Shown here: piece by piece, positions 18,121-22,821 of the stretch | Layout: the number at the start of each line of letters is the position of its first letter | Position numbering within the stretch: position 1 is the stretch's first letter | Made by a program: the position numbers and the translations under genes | NCBI GenBank assembly: GCA_041497675.1 | Contig: JBGQGY010000053.1 | Location: 1-22,821, forward strand | Length of the DNA: 22,821 nt | Direction: 5' to 3' | Origin: a bacterium | Lineage (GTDB): Bacteria; Sysuimicrobiota; Sysuimicrobiia; Sysuimicrobiales; Humicultoraceae | The notes under the pieces: model-generated | Database searches by the model: none | The model's input: only the letters and a program-made list of their open reading frames with translations | What the model was told of the DNA's origin: nothing

Positions 18121-18840
18121 TTAACGGCCGTCAGATAAAGTTTTTTGAGCTGCCATATATCTTTTAATACGAGCCTCCTCTTCAGAGCGGTATTCTGCGA
18201 TTCGATCGTGAGTAACCTCTTCGAGTGCGTGTTGGAGTGCTGCGGATTCGAGGTCCTGACAGTAAGCGGGCGTTCCGGCCTGCTGGCGCCAGGAGTTGTC
18301 TAGAGTGCCACCATCGACTGGGTCGAAACCAAGGTCGTCGACAAGACGAAGCACTGTTGCCTTGCCATCCAGTGAATCTCCAGCGACGGAGAGAGCAATT
18401 CGGCCTGGCGCTCCTCTCGGAACCCCCTTCTCAAGAAGGCTCTTGGCGAAGATGTTATTGAACGCCTTGATCACGGGACGTCCGATTTGGTGCGCGACCC
18501 ACTGGCTGTCCAGCATACCTCGATCAATCGCCTCGATGTAGCCATCGCGAAGCTCCGGATGGTAGTTGCCAGTATCGACCACGATGACGTCGGATGAAAC
18601 GTTCGCAAACAGCCCTTTCGGAAGATCGACAACGGCCTTTGTTGGAATCGAGATGATAACGATTTCTCCGGCTTTGGCGGCATCAGTCACAGAAACTGCC
18701 TTTGCACCAATTTCATTCGCAAAATCGGTCAGGCTCTCTGGACCTCTTGAATTCGCAATCGAAACTTGATGTCCGAGTTTAGTAAGGTGGCGCGAAAGCG
18801 TCCCGCCAATGTTTCCAGAACCTATAATTCCGATCCGCAT
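18121..18840 (-). CDS. NADPH-dependent F420 reductase / NADP oxidoreductase family
   Basis: MRIGIIGSGNIG, ANSRGP, DTGNY, VIKAFNNI, SWRQQAGTP; RBS AAGGAG; visibly more AT-rich than the core operon. Confidence 0.9.
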   Translation of the reverse strand: MRIGIIGSGNIGGTLSRHLTKLGHQVSIANSRGPESLTDFANEIGAKAVSVTDAAKAGEIVIISIPTKAVVDLPKGLFANVSSDVIVVDTGNYHPELRDGYIEAIDRGMLDSQWVAHQIGRPVIKAFNNIFAKSLLEKGVPRGAPGRIALSVAGDSLDGKATVLRLVDDLGFDPVDGGTLDNSWRQQAGTPAYCQDLESAALQHALEEVTHDRIAEYRSEEEARIKRYMAAQKTLSDGR

Positions 18841-18977
18841 ATGTATTTCTCCTTTGATTTCTGTTCCAAAATTCCAGTTTTCCCTGCGCAATGCTCATGC
18901 GTTAGCCTATGGCAGGCCGAGCAAGCAGCTTTGTGTTACGGTTCCAGGACATGGCCTGATCACTCTTTCCGTCTGCC

Positions 18978-19062
18978 GTCGAACGTGTTGCGCATGAGCA
19001 GACGCCGATGCGCTTCGGGATGATTCTACCTTTTGGCGTTCTGCTCGATGCGCTTGTTAGCC
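18978..19062 (-). other. attC site (85 bp)
   Basis: Minus strand GGCTAAC-aagcgcatcgagcagaacgcc...ggcgtctgctcatgcgc-aacac-GTTCGAC; imperfect hairpin with bulges. Confidence 0.85.
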
Positions 19063-19068
19063 AGCTAC

Positions 19069-19311
19069 TCAGTCCTGACGTGGGACTATGAAGACTGTCA
19101 CTCTGAACTCATCCTCAATTCGCTCCAGATCGTTCACGAGCCCGCCCGGGTTAGAAATGCCGCCTTCGGGGTCGTAGACGAGGCAGACCAAGTGGTCACA
19201 GTCGGGATGCTGTCTGTAGTGCTCGATATCAAGAATGAGATGCTCGCCAACCTGCTTCGCGCCCAGGGATGCTCGCGTCATCTTCGTCTCGATGACCACG
19301 CGTTCCGGCTT
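19069..19311 (-). pseudogene. C-terminal remnant of a PD-(D/E)XK nuclease (DpnII-MboI-like REase domain)
   Basis: KPERVVIETKMTR..LGAKQVGEHLILDIEHYRQHPDCDHLVCLVYDPEG.ISNP; the upstream catalytic Asp region is missing. Confidence 0.7.
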
Positions 19312-19728
19312 TCAGTCGTCGATTGCCTCAACACCAAGTCGCTTAAGTCGCTCAATGTTGTCCTTCATGGCCTTGAGCGCTTCGGGGGAATGCCCCTGCC
19401 AATCCGTGCACTCGCCCGTGACCCGTAGCGGCTCCCGGGAGCGGTATGACTTCGTCGGATTACCCGGGTATTTCTTGTCCGTCAGATTGGGGTCATCCAT
19501 AATCGGGCCGGTCGGTTCCACTATGTAGATTCTGCCGGGACCTTCGCCGAGTGCCAGCTCCGCCCCCCAAGTGGCTGCCTCCAGGGTGGCGGTCAGGTAG
19601 ACGTAGGTTGCTTGCTTCCTCTTACCATAGTTGGAGCTATAACCGGGCTCGATTGGGTCTCCCGGCTTCAGGTCGGCCCGTGTGCCATGGTAGAACCGCT
19701 GCGAACCCGGGTCGTCGGTGGCTGCCAT
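19312..19728 (-). CDS. arr: NAD(+)-rifampin ADP-ribosyltransferase
   Basis: FYHGTRADL.PGD, VYLTATL..A.WGAELA, RIYIVEPTG, DDPNLTDKKYPGNPTKSYRS; 138 aa. Confidence 0.95.
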   Translation of the reverse strand: MAATDDPGSQRFYHGTRADLKPGDPIEPGYSSNYGKRKQATYVYLTATLEAATWGAELALGEGPGRIYIVEPTGPIMDDPNLTDKKYPGNPTKSYRSREPLRVTGECTDWQGHSPEALKAMKDNIERLKRLGVEAIDD

Positions 19729-20006
19729 CGGCTTGCTCCCCTCATACTGCGCGGCTGCGATGCCTCGCGATGCTGTCGGTCTTGGATGGGACGTGCGCTG
19801 CACTCACGACGAATCCTCCGCCGAGTCATGGCCGAGTATGCCCTCAGCACATGCGAAAGAGGAGACTGCACCTCGACGCGCTGGCGACGTACAATGGAAT
19901 TGGCGAGGGACGCGTCAATGCCCCAAGCCGAGAAGAGAACGGGGGCACCCGAAGGTGCCTAGCGTTCGTTCAAATGGGCGGACAACGGCCGCCCATTCGC
20001 GAGTCT

Positions 20007-20103
20007 GGCTAACGACTGCGTTCACTTGCCGGGCCGGCTGCAAGGAACTGAAGTCTTGAAAAACCGTCATGCCGGCCCGGTCAAGTGCAACGCTTTGTTA
20101 GCC
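20007..20103 (-). other. attC site (97 bp)
   Basis: Minus strand GGCTAAC-aaagc-GTTGCACttgaccgggccggc...gccggcccggcaaGTGAAC-gcagtc-GTTAGCC. Confidence 0.92.
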
Positions 20104-20142
20104 GGCACCCCGGAACGAAGATGGACGGTCTCACCCTCATCG

Positions 20143-20703
20143 TCAGCTCTTCGCTCGGTACCGAACGTGAACCATACCGTTGTCGAACCTGCGTTCATCG
20201 AGAAGTTCGAGCTTCACGGGGACCTTGCCTGGCAGATAGGGATTGCCGCTGCCCGCGATGATCGGCGCGATGAGTAGGTGATATTCGTCGACAAGGCCAG
20301 CTCGAATGGCATGCGCTGCGAGCGCCGGACCGCCCACCGCAACCTCGCGGGTCGCTCCTGCCTTGAGTTCCCGTACAACGTCCGCCTCGAATTTCCGCTC
20401 GAGCCGCGTCTTGGCCGTAGAGACCGTCTGCAGCGTCGTCGAGTACACGATCTTTTCAGCCGCCTGCCAGATCGGCGCGAACTCCAGCACGGCTGCTGTC
20501 CGATGGGGAAACACATCTAGCGTCTCCCAAACGGCCATCGTCTCGTACATCTTGCGCCCAAAGAGATAGGTGCCGATCTGCCTCTCGCGGCTGTTAATGA
20601 AGGCGTGGACTTCCTCATCTAGCTCCGCCCAATCGAAGTTGCCGGTTTCATCCGCAACATAACCATCGAGCGACGTAAACGCGGCGTAGATCAGTTTGGC
20701 CAT
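20143..20703 (-). CDS. Dihydrofolate reductase-like / RibD C-terminal domain protein
   Basis: SLDGY, LFGRKMYE, K.VYSTTL, VGG..LA, GLVDEY; RBS GGAGG. Confidence 0.9.
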   Translation of the reverse strand: MAKLIYAAFTSLDGYVADETGNFDWAELDEEVHAFINSRERQIGTYLFGRKMYETMAVWETLDVFPHRTAAVLEFAPIWQAAEKIVYSTTLQTVSTAKTRLERKFEADVVRELKAGATREVAVGGPALAAHAIRAGLVDEYHLLIAPIIAGSGNPYLPGKVPVKLELLDERRFDNGMVHVRYRAKS

Positions 20704-20753
20704 CGTGCACCCTCCGTCTCTCAATCAGCCCTTGAGAAGCCGCATATGAGTCC

Positions 20754-20897
20754 GGCTAACGGACCGCGCTTAAGCTGCGAGCGCCATGGTGGCGGGCGCA
20801 AGGAGGCAGGCCCTCGGCAACGTATAACAATGGCCGGCGAACAAACGCAATAGCTCCTTACTGGTGAGCGCTCGCCAGCTTCAAGCGCTTGTTAGGC
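20754..20897 (-). other. attC site (144 bp, long variable terminal structure)
   Basis: Minus strand GCCTAAC-aagcgcttgaagctggcgagcgc...gcgctcgcagcttaagcgc-ggtcc-GTTAGCC. Confidence 0.88.
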
Positions 20898-20906
20898 ACA
20901 CAGACT

Positions 20907-21299
20907 CTAGTTGCAGCCGCAGGCGACCGACTTGTCACCCGCGGTTGCCGTGTGCGTCTTGTGGCCATCACGTTTCCACCAATCTAGTCCACCGATAAGC
21001 TCCTTCACACGGAAGCCAAGCTTAAGCATGTTCAGGGCACCTTTGGTGGACCCGTTGCAGCCGATCCCGTCGCAGTAGGTGACCACCAGGGTGCCCTTGT
21101 CGATGTGCGCGGTCGTCTCGGCAGACATCGTGCGGTGCGGAATATTGAGGGCGCCCGGGATATGTTCGCGTTGAAACGACTCGGGTGAACGGGCGTCGAT
21201 GACGGTGACAGTCTCGCCGGATTCGAGGGCGACCTTCAGGTCCCAAGAGTCGATCTCATACGCGAGCTTCGCCGAGTAATGTTTCAGCTGATCGTTCAT
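20907..21299 (-). CDS. Rhodanese-like domain protein
   Basis: VIDARS..F..EHIPGA.NIP, TYCDGIGCNGST, ELIGGLDWW; RBS GAGGAG. Confidence 0.92.
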   Translation of the reverse strand: MNDQLKHYSAKLAYEIDSWDLKVALESGETVTVIDARSPESFQREHIPGALNIPHRTMSAETTAHIDKGTLVVTYCDGIGCNGSTKGALNMLKLGFRVKELIGGLDWWKRDGHKTHTATAGDKSVACGCN

Positions 21300-21317
21300 G
21301 GTTTCTCCTCTTGTTCC

Positions 21318-21401
21318 GCCTAACGCATTGGCGCTCAGCTGCGGGCGCCACTAACATCGCCAGCGCGGCTGCCGGCCGTCGGCTGCAGCGCCTTGTTAGA
21401 C
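21318..21401 (-). other. attC site (84 bp)
   Basis: Minus strand GTCTAAC-aaggc-GCTGCAGC...GCTGAGC-gccaatgc-GTTAGGC; the upstream ORF's TAA lies within R''. Confidence 0.9.
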
Positions 21402-22235
21402 CGCCTTTTCTTCAAGCTGCTGCAGCGCCGCAAAGCATTTTTCAAGTCGTTCCGCGCGATCGGGCCAGATCACGAACATCGCTTGTCCAAACCTCGGTTC
21501 GGGAACTATTTGAAAAGACCCGGTTGTCGTGTCCGCCGAAAGATACATCCCGACGAAGCCAAGTTCTACGAACGAAACGTTACGACCGACTCCGTTGAAA
21601 CGCAGGGCGGCGGCATCCATTTCAAAGAGCTGCTCATGCCGCCACAGTTGGCCGCGTAAACGGAGAGGCTCTTCCGTGGCGTTGATCGAAAGAGTGAGCT
21701 CACTACGCTTGCGCCGCAATTGAAGGCGCCGATGACTGAACTCGATGTCCCACGGCAGCGGATCGCCCGCCGACCATTCGTTTCGGTGAATGGTTGCAAG
21801 CAGCGAATCCGAGGAGTCGTAAAGATCCAATGACAATTGAAGACGGCCAGACTCGTCCGCGTCGAGCGCTAATAGGGGTTCGCCGTCGACCACGAACTTG
21901 AATCCGGGCCCGACAAAGTCATTTGTCCCTACATGTACGGCGACGCCGCGTGAAGTTACTTTGAGAAGGCCATCGACATAACCCCTCGCCATGTTTTCGG
22001 GATGGCCCCTCCAGCGTCGCTGTTCATCCTCGGTTAGTGCGCCAATAGTAGCCTCATGGTGATGGTTCGGGCACAACACCAGCATTTGAGCTGGGTCGTG
22101 CGAGCTAACGGAACCCCGCGGGTGAATATGGTGGTACTGGAACACAGGGTTGCCACAAACGCAGCAGCCGAAGCCCGCCTCCTGGCGCAGCTGCCGTTTG
22201 ATCGGTTCCGGAATATCGAGACTGAGACCGCTCAT
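21396..22235 (-). CDS. HNH endonuclease with uncharacterised C-terminal domain
   Basis: CCVCG...YHHI...H....LVLCPNHH in the first ~60 aa. Confidence 0.82.
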   Translation of the reverse strand: MSGLSLDIPEPIKRQLRQEAGFGCCVCGNPVFQYHHIHPRGSVSSHDPAQMLVLCPNHHHEATIGALTEDEQRRWRGHPENMARGYVDGLLKVTSRGVAVHVGTNDFVGPGFKFVVDGEPLLALDADESGRLQLSLDLYDSSDSLLATIHRNEWSAGDPLPWDIEFSHRRLQLRRKRSELTLSINATEEPLRLRGQLWRHEQLFEMDAAALRFNGVGRNVSFVELGFVGMYLSADTTTGSFQIVPEPRFGQAMFVIWPDRAERLEKCFAALQQLEEKAV

Positions 22236-22268
22236 TCCGATTCCTGTTCTTGGTGCGACCGCTAGGTG

Positions 22269-22328
22269 GTCTAACGCTCCGGTTCAGCGGCGGCGCGCAG
22301 CGCCGTCCGCTGCAACCGATTGTTAGGC
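22269..22328 (-). other. attC site (60 bp)
   Basis: Minus strand GCCTAAC-aatcg-GTTGCAGC-ggacggcgctgcgcgccgcc-GCTGAAC-cggagc-GTTAGAC, with two extrahelical positions. Confidence 0.95.
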
Positions 22329-22333
22329 CGCCC

Positions 22334-22821
22334 TCACTGACGCACATAGCGCAAGTGTGTGGCAGCTGGACCATCAAGAACCTTGTCAATGCGAAACTGC
22401 GGCCCGGGCTCGCGTAGGTTCTCGAAGAGACGCCGCCCACCGCCGAACAATACGGGTGACAAGGCGATTTCCAGCTCGTCAACGACACCCATGGTCAGGT
22501 ACTGCTGGATCACATCGGCTCCACCCGCGATACGAATATCACGACTGCCTGCGGATTCCCGAGCCAGCTCAAGGGCACGCTCCGGCCCGTCATTGATGAA
22601 GTAGAAGGTCGTCCCACCCGGGCGCGCCCAGGGTTCGCGTTTCTCATTGGTAAGAACGTATACCGGTGTGTGAAACGGAGCCTCCTCTGGCCAGGCGCGC
22701 TCGCCTTGGTCGAACATTCGCTTGCCCATAATGTTGGCACCGATGCGCTCCGTGGTGCTGCGAAGCAGGTCATTGACCGGGCCGGTCTCTCCCCCTGGTC
22801 CGAGCTTGAGGTTCTCGCGGA
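22334..22821 (-). CDS. Dihydrofolate reductase-like / RibD C-terminal domain protein (5' end outside window)
   Basis: Frame open to the edge (RENLKLGPGG...GANIMGKRMF); IAGGADVIQQY, VDEL, PVLFGGGRRLF. Confidence 0.9.
   Translation of the reverse strand, partial: RENLKLGPGGETGPVNDLLRSTTERIGANIMGKRMFDQGERAWPEEAPFHTPVYVLTNEKREPWARPGGTTFYFINDGPERALELARESAGSRDIRIAGGADVIQQYLTMGVVDELEIALSPVLFGGGRRLFENLREPGPQFRIDKVLDGPAATHLRYVRQ

Larger units (their letters stand above)
18978..22821 (-). mobile_element. Integron gene-cassette array (distal end; no intI in window)
   Basis: Five attC sites, each just downstream of a co-oriented ORF. Cassettes span approx. 18984-20012, 20013-20759, 20760-21323, 21324-22274 and 22275->22821. 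Confidence 0.93.

Noticed and set aside
18901..18907. Extra R''-like GGCTAAC on the minus strand
   Set aside because: No L boxes, partner R' or hairpin, and not complementary to the preceding GTTCGAC.
19729..20006. Actinobacterial rifamycin-associated element (RAE) upstream of arr
   Set aside because: No convincing match to that inverted repeat by eye.
18978..22328. CRISPR-like periodic repeats
   Set aside because: Elements differ in length and sequence and are separated by whole genes; they are attC sites.

Overview
GC-rich bacterial window in three parts. (1) 1-8369 (+): a tightly coupled core operon of glycerate kinase, glgA, glgP, lutABC and an M19 dipeptidase. (2) 8400-17142: an accessory patch. 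It holds a MazEF-type toxin-antitoxin (TA) module whose toxin has an in-frame deletion, four minus-strand genes of mostly unknown function (three secreted), a trypsin-like protein with Ser->Thr at the catalytic site, a second diverged mazF 3' half, an internally deleted PRTase remnant and an LLM oxidoreductase. (3) 17150-22821 (-): the distal end of an integron cassette array with five attC sites (60-144 bp) and no integrase in the window. Cassettes are a RibD/DHFR-like gene, an HNH nuclease with an unknown C-terminal domain, a rhodanese, a second RibD/DHFR-like gene, and a chimeric cassette. In that cassette an intact rifampin ADP-ribosyltransferase (arr) sits between matching R'/R'' ends, joined in frame at its stop codon to the C-terminal remnant of a restriction-like nuclease. 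Family calls come from motif recognition by eye; no searches were run.
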